Source: Enterobacter phage KKP_3711. From it: a DNA stretch of 64,000 nt. The position numbers and the translations under genes are program-made. Every line of letters begins with the position of its first letter. Within the stretch, counting starts at the first letter, position 1. Location: the sequence record PP579741.1, one strand, 5' to 3'. Shown here one piece after another: positions 7,293 through 15,963 of this stretch. Below the pieces are notes generated by a model. That model was not told where the DNA came from. It ran no database searches and was given only the letters and a program-made list of their open reading frames with translations.

Positions 7293-7430
7293 GAGGTATG
7301 CCGGAAATTGGTATACGGGACTACCGAATAGGTTTACTAGGAACATCCACTCCTAGGAATATACCTTAAAAGTGGTTGAGATAAATGGTCTATCTCGTGA
7401 AGGTTCAAATCCTTCTACCTCTCGTCACAA
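7293..7430 (+). ncRNA. tRNA-like / structured RNA region (approx 136 nt) with terminal complementarity, T-arm GAAGG-TTCAAAT-CCTTC and two perfect 6-bp hairpins
   Basis: 5' GAGGTAT pairs with 3' ATACCTT (7361-7367) and partly with CTACCTC after the T-arm; hairpins CTAGGA/TCCTAG and GAGATA/TATCTC. Confidence 0.3.
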
Positions 7431-7539
7431 TGGCTCAAAGAGTAACGGTGCTGTCCAAGCGTTGACTTTCCCGACATCCGTTCGGGTGTAAGCAGCCGGT
7501 AAGTGGCAGAAGAGTTTCTAAGAGCCGTCACAATTGAGA

Positions 7540-7682
7540 ATCATTGCCCGATGAGCCGCCTGTTGGAATAATGTGTTATACAAAGTATAACGCACCAATA
7601 CGCGGACTAACCATCTAGAGTGCCAGGATAGGTAGACGCTAGATGTGGAGGCCTGATCAACCCTCAATGGTTCTCAATTGTG
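7540..7682 (+). ncRNA. structured noncoding element closed by an 18-bp near-perfect inverted repeat
   Basis: CACAATTGAGAATCATTG (7540-7557) pairs with CAATGGTTCTCAATTGTG (7665-7682); internal hairpin GTGTTATAC-AAA-GTATAAC; no ORF. Confidence 0.3.
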
Positions 7683-7756
7683 GCTATATCATAACTGGTT
7701 AATGATCTTGACTGTGAATCAAGCCTATGTGGATTCGAATTCCACTAGCCACCCCA
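7680..7756 (+). tRNA. tRNA-His (GTG)
   Basis: Acceptor GTGGCTA/TAGCCAC, perfect anticodon stem CTTGA/TCAAG loop CTGTGAA, T-arm GTGGA-TTCGAAT-TCCAC, CCA. Confidence 0.7.
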
Positions 7757-7772
7757 ATTACTAAGGACTTTT

Positions 7773-8153
7773 ATGAAATCTTCTGATTTAAATTGGCCTC
7801 CTGGTACTAATAGAGCTACCATATTTAATGGTGAAATAGTATTCTTCACACCTAATGAAAAGGTGTATTGGGAAGCTAAGGACATAGTATTTAGAGATAT
7901 TTTAGCTGAAAAGCAACACTTAGGTACACCTACTATGGTTGCAGAAGTTACTGAAGCTGAATATCAAATTGCTAGAATGTTAGGTGATGTATGGAATTTG
8001 TTTTGTCAATTGCCTAAAGAACATCCTATGCAAGATCAGGAGTTTTGCTCGGCTATACACAAATGCCAGGATATGGTATTATCTAGAGCAGGTATACGAG
8101 CTATAAAAGAACGAGACTTACAGTTCTGCGAAGAGCGTAAGAATAAAGAATAA
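7773..8153 (+). CDS. hypothetical protein (126 aa)
   Basis: ORF between tRNA-His and tRNA-Arg. Confidence 0.5.
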   Translation: MKSSDLNWPPGTNRATIFNGEIVFFTPNEKVYWEAKDIVFRDILAEKQHLGTPTMVAEVTEAEYQIARMLGDVWNLFCQLPKEHPMQDQEFCSAIHKCQDMVLSRAGIRAIKERDLQFCEERKNKE

Positions 8154-8154
8154 A

Positions 8155-8229
8155 GCACCCTTATTTTAATGGACAGAATGTGAAGCTACGAACTTCACGA
8201 TCGGGGTTCGATTCCCTGAGGGTGTACCA
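8155..8229 (+). tRNA. tRNA-Arg (ACG) candidate, atypical D-arm
   Basis: Acceptor GCACCCT/AGGGTGT plus A plus CCA; perfect 6-bp anticodon stem GTGAAG/CTTCAC loop CTACGAA; T-loop TTCGATT. Confidence 0.5.
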
Positions 8230-8353
8230 TAAAATCCCTGTTGAGAGTGACGAGGTTAGACCTCTGGTTCAAAGCCCTCTTCGTCTAACTTCCCATACTT
8301 TATGTATGTTCTAGTAGACGACACAAGGTTGTACTCAGCAGGGTGCGCATTAT

Positions 8354-8428
8354 TGGAGTGTAGTTTAGTCGGTAAAACATCGGTCTCTGAAATCGAGGTC
8401 TCTGGTTCGAACCCAGCCGCTCCAGCCA
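8354..8428 (+). tRNA. tRNA-Gln (CTG)
   Basis: Acceptor TGGAGTG/CGCTCCA, D-arm GTTT-AGTCGGTA-AAAC, anticodon loop CTCTGAA, T-loop TTCGAAC, CCA. Confidence 0.65.
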
Positions 8429-8454
8429 TTTAAATTTAACTTTAAGAGATAAAC

Positions 8455-8670
8455 ATGAAATACTTAGTTACAGCTTTATTACTTACTCTCAGTGGTTGCG
8501 CATCTTTCGATTACCCACTTAATTGTACAGGATATGTAGGTAATAGCTACTCTGCTCCAATCTTTGATTCTCGTACTATCGGTAAGAATAAAGAAGTAAA
8601 AGCAGGTGGTCCTTTCCAACTTGCTTGGGTTCCTGAGTCTACATTTAGTAAAATTACTTGCACTAAATAA
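8455..8670 (+). CDS. small lipoprotein (71 aa)
   Basis: Signal peptide MKYLVTALLLTLSGC with lipobox LSGC. Confidence 0.5.
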   Translation: MKYLVTALLLTLSGCASFDYPLNCTGYVGNSYSAPIFDSRTIGKNKEVKAGGPFQLAWVPESTFSKITCTK

Positions 8671-8678
8671 GGATAATT

Positions 8679-9134
8679 ATGTTTAAAGCTCTTCGCAAAA
8701 TGTTTACGGATTGGCTACTGCAAGAGCCTTATGTAGACACTATTACAAAGTCTAAAGATGGTACTACATTAACACAATTGATAACTCCTAGAGCGTTTGG
8801 GAGCGGTAGTTGGAGAATTGAAACTACTGCTGAAGGTCAATGGGGTTCTGTAATAATTTTTGGTATTGAACGAGATCTAGGGAAGTATAAAGACAAAGCC
8901 GTAGAGGCTTTAGAGGGTAGATTGGACAATATTTTCAATCAAGACTCTTTAGATAAAATTGCTATTATTGTGGAAGCAGCTGTAAAACGAAAAGGTTACA
9001 CCGCATTTAAGCACAATGGAAAACCTCATATGGAGTTTGTTAAATACTCTCTAGATCCTAGAGATGTTAAACGATTAAAACAAGCTTTAGTAGAGTATAA
9101 TTTCCTAAAAGATACCACAAAAAAGAAGAGCTAA
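8679..9134 (+). CDS. hypothetical protein (151 aa)
   Basis: ORF followed by terminator hairpin. Confidence 0.5.
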   Translation: MFKALRKMFTDWLLQEPYVDTITKSKDGTTLTQLITPRAFGSGSWRIETTAEGQWGSVIIFGIERDLGKYKDKAVEALEGRLDNIFNQDSLDKIAIIVEAAVKRKGYTAFKHNGKPHMEFVKYSLDPRDVKRLKQALVEYNFLKDTTKKKS

Positions 9135-9160
9135 AGCTCTCCTACTTTCCTTCAATATTG

Positions 9161-9188
9161 CCTTAAACGCCTTGTTTAAGGCTTTTTT
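9161..9188 (+). terminator. rho-independent terminator
   Basis: CCTTAAACG-CCTTG-TTTAAGG hairpin then CTTTTTTG. Confidence 0.5.
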
Positions 9189-9192
9189 GTAT

Positions 9193-9221
9193 TTGCTTTT
9201 CAATCAAAAAGTTGTTATAAT
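9193..9221 (+). promoter_or_regulatory. T5-type early sigma70 promoter
   Basis: TTGCTT-N17-TATAAT then tctttataaattgaggag RBS. Confidence 0.55.
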
Positions 9222-9247
9222 ATCTTTATAAATTGAGGAGAAAGCAA

Positions 9248-9478
9248 ATGCCTAAATATGTGAAAGTTAAATTTATCAAAACTGCTATTAATACCTATAG
9301 CTATGAAATTCCTGAAACCCTTAAAACTGAGCGTTTAGTAATCGGTGAAGCTATTGTGGTGCCTGTAGGCAATGATATGGATTTGAAAGTTGCCTATATT
9401 GCGGGAGTTTCTAATGAATCTAATGTTAGACCAGGTATTAAAATTAAAAAGGCTTATGGCTTAGTAAGGAAAATCTAA
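9248..9478 (+). CDS. hypothetical protein (76 aa)
   Basis: ATG 9248 preferred (RBS gaggagaaagcaa) over track start 9233. Confidence 0.45.
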   Translation: MPKYVKVKFIKTAINTYSYEIPETLKTERLVIGEAIVVPVGNDMDLKVAYIAGVSNESNVRPGIKIKKAYGLVRKI

Positions 9479-9768
9479 TGTGGTTATCACAATGTAATAG
9501 GTGTGGGAATAATACCTTCCAGATTATTGATAAATCTGTATCTGAAAATGGTTTATATATTCTACACAAAGTATCAAAGTGTACTAAATGTAAAGAAGAG
9601 AACTCTATTATCTCTTTCCCTAGAGCACTAGACAGGGACACTTCTCCTACTACAGTACCTAATAAGGGTCTTGCTTGGAAGAGTAACGAGAAGTGCTTAT
9701 TTGAAGGTTTACCGCCAGGAATTTATGGTATTTCATGTCCTTGCTCTAGATGTTCTATAAAATGCTAG
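9478..9768 (+). CDS. Cys-rich zinc-finger-like protein (96 aa)
   Basis: CNRCG ... CTKCK ... CPCSRCSIKC motifs. Confidence 0.45.
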   Translation: MWLSQCNRCGNNTFQIIDKSVSENGLYILHKVSKCTKCKEENSIISFPRALDRDTSPTTVPNKGLAWKSNEKCLFEGLPPGIYGISCPCSRCSIKC

Positions 9769-9775
9769 GAGATTT

Positions 9776-10003
9776 ATGTACGACCCACATCGTGAACGGT
9801 TATACAAGAAACGTTCCAAATACTGGAACATGGGCTGTTTCTATTCCGATAACAAACGTCGTGCTGGAATTGTGTTCCGTACGCCTTGTTTATGTAGTTG
9901 TCCTATGTGTGCTGGAGTTAAAGATAACTCACCTTTACGTTATAAGTTCTCTGATATTAAAAAGTTAGAAAAAGCTAAGGAAGAAATTAATGAAGCTTTT
10001 TGA
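9776..10003 (+). CDS. small Cys-rich protein (75 aa)
   Basis: CLCSCPMCAG motif. Confidence 0.4.
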   Translation: MYDPHRERLYKKRSKYWNMGCFYSDNKRRAGIVFRTPCLCSCPMCAGVKDNSPLRYKFSDIKKLEKAKEEINEAF

Positions 10004-10175
10004 TATTCGATACAAAGGGTTATGGTTAGGCGGTAAGTCATTAGTATTTGCTGAAAATGAAGAACAAGCTTTATCTTTAGTGCGTGAAGATCCTGCTACC
10101 GTAGAATTTGAAAACGTGACTATAGAAGAAATTAAAGCAGAAGGTATCATTCACAACGATAACGGAGATTACTAA
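9990..10175 (+). CDS. hypothetical protein (61 aa)
   Basis: ORF overlapping upstream end; acidic. Confidence 0.4.
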   Translation: MKLFDIRYKGLWLGGKSLVFAENEEQALSLVREDPATVEFENVTIEEIKAEGIIHNDNGDY

Positions 10176-10226
10176 TGCTATATTTTGAGGTAAGACCACA
10201 TTAAGATACTTTAAAGGAGGTACTTA

Positions 10227-10595
10227 ATGTCTAGAACTTATCGTAAGAAATCTGGTGATCGTTACTGGCGAGATAAACATCGTTCTAAATACAACTTCAA
10301 CAGGATTAATCCACGTCGTTATATTAAAGGTAACTTCTGGCACCTGGATGGTGAAGTTATTCCTATGACTCATGAAGAAATTGAAGTTGAAATTCAGGAA
10401 GATATCCTGAAGCATGAGAAGAAAGATGGGTATCTATGGGATTCCGTTTCTAAAAATGTTAAGTGGCACTCTAACAAAATGGTTAGAGGAGCTAACAGGA
10501 TGGAACTTCATCGAGTGATGAAAGATCCAGAAAATTATGACTACAATCGTGACCATGATCTTAGAAAGAAAGGTTTGTGGTGGGTGTATGATTAA
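10227..10595 (+). CDS. hypothetical basic protein (122 aa)
   Basis: RBS aaggagg upstream of ATG. Confidence 0.5.
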   Translation: MSRTYRKKSGDRYWRDKHRSKYNFNRINPRRYIKGNFWHLDGEVIPMTHEEIEVEIQEDILKHEKKDGYLWDSVSKNVKWHSNKMVRGANRMELHRVMKDPENYDYNRDHDLRKKGLWWVYD

Positions 10596-10616
10596 TAAAA
10601 TCAGATAAAGTTTCAA

Positions 10617-10645
10617 TTGCTAAATCCCCGTCATTTTGATATAAT
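10617..10645 (+). promoter_or_regulatory. T5-type early sigma70 promoter embedded in an 11-bp inverted repeat
   Basis: TTGCTA-N17-TATAAT; TCCCCGTCATT ... AATGAACGGGGA flank the -10 and are followed by TTTTTATTATG. Confidence 0.5.
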
Positions 10646-10678
10646 ATTCTTATATTGAAATGAACGGGGATTTTTATT

Positions 10679-10963
10679 ATGTGTAAAGTAAATAAAGAAA
10701 CTGCAACCCTGATTGAACAGTTTGTACATGGTTATATTGCGGGTAGCTGCAACAGCTTTGACGAATCTCTTAATGTGTTGCATTTCTCTTTGACTGAAAA
10801 AGGTATTAAAATTTCTCTAGAAGATTTGGAAATGGAACTTAGCCAAGCACTAGAAGATGCAGAAGTGTTTTGTTGTCCAAATTGTAACTGGTTCTGTTAT
10901 GAACATGATCGTTCTGAAAATGGTGAATTATGCCGTGATTGTGACCCAGATGAGGAAGAATAA
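10679..10963 (+). CDS. Cys-rich acidic protein (94 aa)
   Basis: CCPNCNWFC ... CRDCD motifs. Confidence 0.5.
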   Translation: MCKVNKETATLIEQFVHGYIAGSCNSFDESLNVLHFSLTEKGIKISLEDLEMELSQALEDAEVFCCPNCNWFCYEHDRSENGELCRDCDPDEEE

Positions 10964-11145
10964 TGACTATACAACTTCGATTTAGATTAGCAATATTATC
11001 TGCGCTCATATCAGCTTTATGTTTTGGGGTGCATTTATACACTGGAACTATGTTTCTTTTGGCTTTAACGTGGGTATTTGTTCTTATATCCTACGGTATA
11101 ACTTTTGGTCTAGATATGTATAATAGCTGGAGAGAAGATGACTAA
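10963..11145 (+). CDS. small membrane protein (60 aa)
   Basis: Two hydrophobic segments. Confidence 0.4.
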   Translation: MTIQLRFRLAILSALISALCFGVHLYTGTMFLLALTWVFVLISYGITFGLDMYNSWREDD

Positions 11146-11302
11146 ACTAGAGAAAGCAGCAATTTTATTAATGCTTATAGGTGTAGTTGTTTCCATTTTT
11201 GTAAATCCTCTTAAATTAGCTTTTATTATCTCTATGATTTGTGTTGCTGCTGGATGGATTTGTGTTATTTGTCAACAGATAAAAGGTAGAAAACATGAGT
11301 AG
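11138..11302 (+). CDS. small membrane protein (54 aa)
   Basis: ATG overlapping upstream stop; two predicted TM helices; below ORF-track cutoff. Confidence 0.3.
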   Translation: MTKLEKAAILLMLIGVVVSIFVNPLKLAFIISMICVAAGWICVICQQIKGRKHE

Positions 11303-11873
11303 GTTATATGGACTTCACCCATTAATAGTAGATGCAATTACTGCATCTGACGAGTTAGATGACTTTGTAGTCTGGGCTAGAGGTGGAGATGGTAAATGGG
11401 CGGATCTGTTTGACATGAAAGAGTTTATTCATGTCAATGTATGGTTAGATACTAAACAAGATTGTGTAATGGCAGAAGTTGTGGCAACAGTTCAAGGTTT
11501 TGGAGGAGTGATTAAAGGTAACGCTCTTTGTATTCCTAACTGTCATCTGCAAACTGAAATTATGCAAGTATTAACTATTCTAGAGTTTTTACCTAGAAAT
11601 GATAATATTAATGATCACACTCATAAAGTCCATTTACGTTGGTTGAGAGAAGAAAGAGATCGCAGAGACAAAGAGATAGATGAAATACACGCCTCTTTAG
11701 TAGAGGATGTATCTTTTCTACCGGATGAAGAAGTAGAAGCATTTGTAAGAGATTGTTGTGGCACTTACGGAATTTCTCTAGAAAATTATACAAGTGCTGA
11801 AATCTTCACAGAAGCTGATGCTCTGCTAAAAAGAGTAGCAAGAAAAATTAGAAAAGAACGTAAGGAAGGGTAA
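11295..11873 (+). CDS. hypothetical protein (192 aa)
   Basis: ORF in track. Confidence 0.5.
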   Translation: MSRLYGLHPLIVDAITASDELDDFVVWARGGDGKWADLFDMKEFIHVNVWLDTKQDCVMAEVVATVQGFGGVIKGNALCIPNCHLQTEIMQVLTILEFLPRNDNINDHTHKVHLRWLREERDRRDKEIDEIHASLVEDVSFLPDEEVEAFVRDCCGTYGISLENYTSAEIFTEADALLKRVARKIRKERKEG

Positions 11874-11881
11874 TATTTTAC

Positions 11882-11910
11882 TTGCTAAATACCTCTCCTT
11901 TTGATATAAT
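11882..11910 (+). promoter_or_regulatory. T5-type early sigma70 promoter flanked by an inverted repeat
   Basis: TTGCTA-N17-TATAAT; TACCTCTC ... GAGAGGTA surround the -10 and +1 region. Confidence 0.5.
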
Positions 11911-11939
11911 ATATTTATAAATTAAAGAGAGGTATTTAA

Positions 11940-12245
11940 ATGAAATATTTACTCCTTGTAATTCTAGCTATCGGTTCTGCACATGCTTCCACCAAAGTAG
12001 AAGTTAAAAACAATCGAATCACTGTGCAAGAAAATGGTATCCGTCAGGACTACGGTACAGTTCGTAAAGTAGAAACTACACCATCTGGACAAGTTAAAAT
12101 CTATTCTAATAAAAACTTTTCAGGTGCAGCAGTTACTATTGATCGTTTCGGCAACACCGATGTTCAACGTTATAACAAGAGTTCTGTTTCTAGTTGTACC
12201 TATAACTGTCAGTTAGATCTAGAAGATGAAGAGGACGAAGAATGA
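11940..12245 (+). CDS. secreted/periplasmic protein with acidic C-terminus (101 aa)
   Basis: Signal peptide MKYLLLVILAIGSAHAS; C-terminus EDEEDEE. Confidence 0.5.
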   Translation: MKYLLLVILAIGSAHASTKVEVKNNRITVQENGIRQDYGTVRKVETTPSGQVKIYSNKNFSGAAVTIDRFGNTDVQRYNKSSVSSCTYNCQLDLEDEEDEE

Positions 12246-12550
12246 TTCAACATCGTTTTAACCTTAACGATCGCATTAAATTTAAACCTACTATTCTTAC
12301 ACTAGAGTTTCTTCTAAGAAACCATGAAGATTTTTGGTATAATGCGATGGAGAATGCTAAGTCTCTTCATCAGGTAAAACTCTTTGAGAAATTTGCTGAA
12401 GAATATGCAATGCCACGAGTAAATGACGAAGGTTATATGTCATTTGCTGTTTGGGAATTTATGGGGAAATTTGGAAGTATTATGACCCCTGGAACAAATC
12501 CCCAAGACTATTTCTTGGACTTCTATTTAGAAATACCAGAAGTTCAGTAA
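12242..12550 (+). CDS. hypothetical protein (102 aa)
   Basis: ATGA overlap with upstream ORF. Confidence 0.5.
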   Translation: MIQHRFNLNDRIKFKPTILTLEFLLRNHEDFWYNAMENAKSLHQVKLFEKFAEEYAMPRVNDEGYMSFAVWEFMGKFGSIMTPGTNPQDYFLDFYLEIPEVQ

Positions 12551-12667
12551 ACGATCCTACTACCTTAGGACTATGTGCAACCTACTAGAGTTACGGCGGA
12601 GGAGTCGTGCCCTCCAAGGCGATGGAAGTGGTTGGGTGATTGCTAATCATTAACTAATGAGGAATAA

Positions 12668-12952
12668 ATGACTTTACAACTATTTGTAATATCACATATT
12701 TTAGTAGGTTTGATTACAGCATTATACTTTAAGTTTGCAGTAGTTGATAAATTATCTAAAAATAAAATAGACAAAATAGAAAAATATATCGACACAATTT
12801 CCGACTATAATACAAAAGCATTTATCGAAGTATATTGCAATCAGACACAATGTCAGTTTCTTTTTAAATTCTTAACCCTCATGTTGTTTATGTGCGGTAT
12901 TTTGGCTCCTGTAGGTTTCTACAAACTAAATAAGGAGTTGGGAGAAATTTAA
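12668..12952 (+). CDS. membrane protein (94 aa)
   Basis: N- and C-terminal hydrophobic helices. Confidence 0.45.
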   Translation: MTLQLFVISHILVGLITALYFKFAVVDKLSKNKIDKIEKYIDTISDYNTKAFIEVYCNQTQCQFLFKFLTLMLFMCGILAPVGFYKLNKELGEI

Positions 12953-13653
12953 TGCGTATTATTTCTAAATTTTTCGACGTTTATGACTTACAGCATAGTT
13001 TGCGTGATGAAACCCGTGTTTGGGAACGTAAAACCGAAACTATTAAAGTCCGTAAACTAGACGGTGAAGATTATGGGTACATGACTCCGTTTTACCGTTC
13101 TGCGGAAGTTATCCTAGAATATTTCTACTTCTGTGGTCAGGTTTATCCGTTATTCACTATTACCCCTATGTGGGGTACTTATGAAAACAAAAAAGTAAAA
13201 ACATTCTTATTCGATCGAGCTTTAGAAGTCTGTAAAGAATACGGTATCACTGGTATAGGTTATATGTACAAAGGTGATACTCTAGAAAAACAGTTTGCTT
13301 CTCTAGAAGCTAAAGCAAAAGAAGATATGGTTGCAGTGCAGAAGATGTTTGATAAGTTCAATCATCCTCTAGGAGTTTACAGCTGGGTTCGTAAAGCATT
13401 GCCAGATGAAGATTCTACACAAGAAGTACCATGTCATATTCTTACCTTTAACCCACAGTTAATGAATTTTTATCCGTGGCAAGAAATTGATAGTAACGTT
13501 TATCGTTTCCATCAGCTCATTGAGCAGTATCTGAGCGGAGTTATTGGTCACTTTGAGGGTACTCCAGTGACTGTGACAACTTCAGATAAAGATCGTTTAC
13601 TTGCAAAAGGTTTTGATGCAGTAACATCTTTCAGGAACATGAAGCGTGGTTAA
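12952..13653 (+). CDS. hypothetical protein (233 aa)
   Basis: ORF in track. Confidence 0.5.
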   Translation: MRIISKFFDVYDLQHSLRDETRVWERKTETIKVRKLDGEDYGYMTPFYRSAEVILEYFYFCGQVYPLFTITPMWGTYENKKVKTFLFDRALEVCKEYGITGIGYMYKGDTLEKQFASLEAKAKEDMVAVQKMFDKFNHPLGVYSWVRKALPDEDSTQEVPCHILTFNPQLMNFYPWQEIDSNVYRFHQLIEQYLSGVIGHFEGTPVTVTTSDKDRLLAKGFDAVTSFRNMKRG

Positions 13654-14083
13654 TATAGCCTGGATATGGATCAAGGCTAACAAAAAGCTAGTAGCAGTTA
13701 TACTAGCTTTTTTATTGGTTTTTGGTTATATCCTTTACAATACACTAACAATTGCAGGGTTAAGGAGTGACCTAGGAACTGCACAATCTAGTTTACAGGC
13801 TGCAACTGAAAGAGTTAACGTTCTAGAAACTGGATACACTGATTTGGTTAAGAAAACTAATCAGATGCAGTTAGATCTTAATCGCTATTTCTTTATTAAT
13901 AAAGAAAATGAGGCTAAGTATCAGCAATCTTTGGATCTATTAAATGCTCTAAGAAATAGAGAAGACCAAGTAACTTCTGATCCAGTATCTTTAGCTAGAG
14001 ATATTAAGGCAGAGGTTGAGGATTTTGAGAATCAATACTCATGTTTAGTTGGAAATCTGGAGTCTTGCTCACAGCTGCCTTAA
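13646..14083 (+). CDS. i-spanin candidate (Rz-like)
   Basis: N-terminal TM helix plus coiled-coil; overlaps downstream lipoprotein ORF. Confidence 0.45.
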   Translation: MVNIAWIWIKANKKLVAVILAFLLVFGYILYNTLTIAGLRSDLGTAQSSLQAATERVNVLETGYTDLVKKTNQMQLDLNRYFFINKENEAKYQQSLDLLNALRNREDQVTSDPVSLARDIKAEVEDFENQYSCLVGNLESCSQLP

Positions 14084-14385
14084 TCCTTGTTGGTTGCAGC
14101 GGTAGAACTCCTGTCGATACTTCCTCTCTAGAACAACCAAAACAAGTTCATCCTGATTGGCCTAGATCTCCAGCTCGTTGCTCAGTACCGGATTACAAAG
14201 TAGGCACTGATAGTCAGATGGGATCTGTTGTAATGATACCTTATAAACAGTACCTAAATCAACGAGGATGTGAAAGAGATCGCCTACGTTATACATCTTC
14301 ATTAACAGGTTTAGCTTGTTTCTACAGACAGGATATTAAAGAACCTATCTGTCAATACTATTATCCACAAAAAGAGGAAAAATAA
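14041..14385 (+). CDS. o-spanin candidate (Rz1-like lipoprotein)
   Basis: Signal peptide with lipobox LVGC; Pro-rich; overlaps i-spanin 3' end. Confidence 0.45.
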   Translation: MFSWKSGVLLTAALILVGCSGRTPVDTSSLEQPKQVHPDWPRSPARCSVPDYKVGTDSQMGSVVMIPYKQYLNQRGCERDRLRYTSSLTGLACFYRQDIKEPICQYYYPQKEEK

Positions 14386-15116
14386 TGACATTATACATTG
14401 GATTGTGTGGGGAAGCTGGAGCAGGTAAAGATACCGCTGGGATTATACTTAAAGATATCTTTCTAAAAGATTCTTTCTATTCTTTTAAAAGCATTATGGT
14501 AACTAGTTTTGCTGCTCCTGTTTATGCTTTAGCTGAAGCATTGGTTAATGGCTCTCTAAAAGATAGAGCAAGTAAAGAAGTATTTCAAAAATACGATATT
14601 ACTCAACAGTTCTTAGAGTATATGAATGAAGTATATTGCTTTTATCAGCTAGATCAGTATAAAGATTTTCCCGATGCTTGGAACGAGTTTTTCCACAAAT
14701 CTCTTGTAGAATACACACATATTTCTCACAATGAAAAGGCAGAGTTTGCACTTCATATCTCCCCTAGACGTTTACTAGAACTTGTAGGGACAGAATTTGG
14801 TAGAGAAATTCTTGATACCAATGTTTGGTTAAAAGTAGTAAGTGATTCTGTAAAACGCAACGATGCAAAACTCGTCGTAGTTACGGATGTTCGTTTTGAC
14901 AACGAAGCATTATTCATTAGAAATCAAGATAAAGGGATGGTTATTGAAATTGTAGCCCCTGTTAATGAACATGCAACTAAGTCAACGCATGCCTCAGCTA
15001 AAGGTATCAACCAATCTTTGGTGAGTCATAAAATTATTAATAAAAAGAATGGAAAAGAGCAGTTTATCAAAGAACTTGAGAACTTTAACTGCCGTTTTGT
15101 ACGAGGACTTTATTAA
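14385..15116 (+). CDS. P-loop NTPase, deoxynucleoside-monophosphate-kinase-like
   Basis: Walker A GLCGEAGAGKDT near N-terminus; size about 243 aa similar to phage dNMP kinases. Confidence 0.45.
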   Translation: MTLYIGLCGEAGAGKDTAGIILKDIFLKDSFYSFKSIMVTSFAAPVYALAEALVNGSLKDRASKEVFQKYDITQQFLEYMNEVYCFYQLDQYKDFPDAWNEFFHKSLVEYTHISHNEKAEFALHISPRRLLELVGTEFGREILDTNVWLKVVSDSVKRNDAKLVVVTDVRFDNEALFIRNQDKGMVIEIVAPVNEHATKSTHASAKGINQSLVSHKIINKKNGKEQFIKELENFNCRFVRGLY

Positions 15117-15814
15117 TGAACACACGTAACGCTAAATTTGTGGGCGGCAAAAGCTTGGGCAGCGCAGGGAAGCCAAATTCTGGTGCAGTGACTACTTATA
15201 TTGGAAGAAAATCTGATGGAAGTGCTGGCCATGTCTATGGAACTGTCAAACAGGAAGCTAGAAATATTTACACCTTCCATTTAGACAACGAATTGATTGA
15301 TCCAGCAGCTTATCGTGATCTTTTTAGTATTCTCCGTGATATGAGTGAGAATGATGAAATGCATCTAATGATAAACGCACCTGGTGGTCGCCTTGACACC
15401 TGTGCACAGATGGTAAACCTGATTCAAAATACAAGTGGCACAGTAATTGGTCATTTGCTAGGACCTTCTGCCTCTGCACATACTTTTATCCTACTAGCAT
15501 GTCATGCTTGGGTAATTTATCCGCATTCTAGTATGATGGCTCACAGCTACTCTGGTGGTGTGTATGAAAAAGGTAACGAGATCCTCAAATCTGCACAAGC
15601 AACTCATAAGTTCTTTGAAGAACTGGTTACAGATGTGTATTACCCCTTCTATACAGAAGAAGAGATTGAAATGATCCTCGACAATAAAGATATTCATATT
15701 CACTCTAAGGATATTGAAGGTCGTTTAGAGCGAGTTCTAGAATATCGTGATAAGCTCGAAGAAGAATTAGCTAAAAAGTTAATAATCAATATTTCTGAAC
15801 CAACTTCGGAATAA
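15116..15814 (+). CDS. ClpP/S14-family serine peptidase-like protein
   Basis: INAPGG (cf. ClpP INSPGG), GPSASAH and MAHSYSGG motifs resembling ClpP catalytic regions. Confidence 0.4.
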   Translation: MNTRNAKFVGGKSLGSAGKPNSGAVTTYIGRKSDGSAGHVYGTVKQEARNIYTFHLDNELIDPAAYRDLFSILRDMSENDEMHLMINAPGGRLDTCAQMVNLIQNTSGTVIGHLLGPSASAHTFILLACHAWVIYPHSSMMAHSYSGGVYEKGNEILKSAQATHKFFEELVTDVYYPFYTEEEIEMILDNKDIHIHSKDIEGRLERVLEYRDKLEEELAKKLIINISEPTSE

Positions 15815-15818
15815 TACA

Positions 15819-15852
15819 AAACCCAGGTTAACCCCTGGGTCTTTTTGTTTTT
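15819..15852 (+). terminator. rho-independent terminator
   Basis: ACCCAGG-TTAACC-CCTGGGT hairpin plus CTTTTTGTTTTT. Confidence 0.6.
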
Positions 15853-15863
15853 ATAATCCCTGC

Positions 15864-15892
15864 TTGACAATTGCAAAAATATATGATATTAC
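15864..15892 (+). promoter_or_regulatory. sigma70 promoter for the lysis genes
   Basis: Consensus TTGACA -35; weaker -10 (TATTAC) at 17-nt spacing. Confidence 0.4.
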
Positions 15893-15963
15893 AGATATGT
15901 ATAAACTTGAGTTGCATCCTGGCTATAGGTAGTATATACTAAAATGGTTGGGAGGTAAAGTAA

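Noticed and set aside
8230-8353. Additional tRNA between tRNA-Arg and tRNA-Gln (hairpin GTTAGAC ... GTCTAAC)
   Set aside because: No acceptor/T-arm/anticodon arrangement could be built; left as an unannotated structured spacer.
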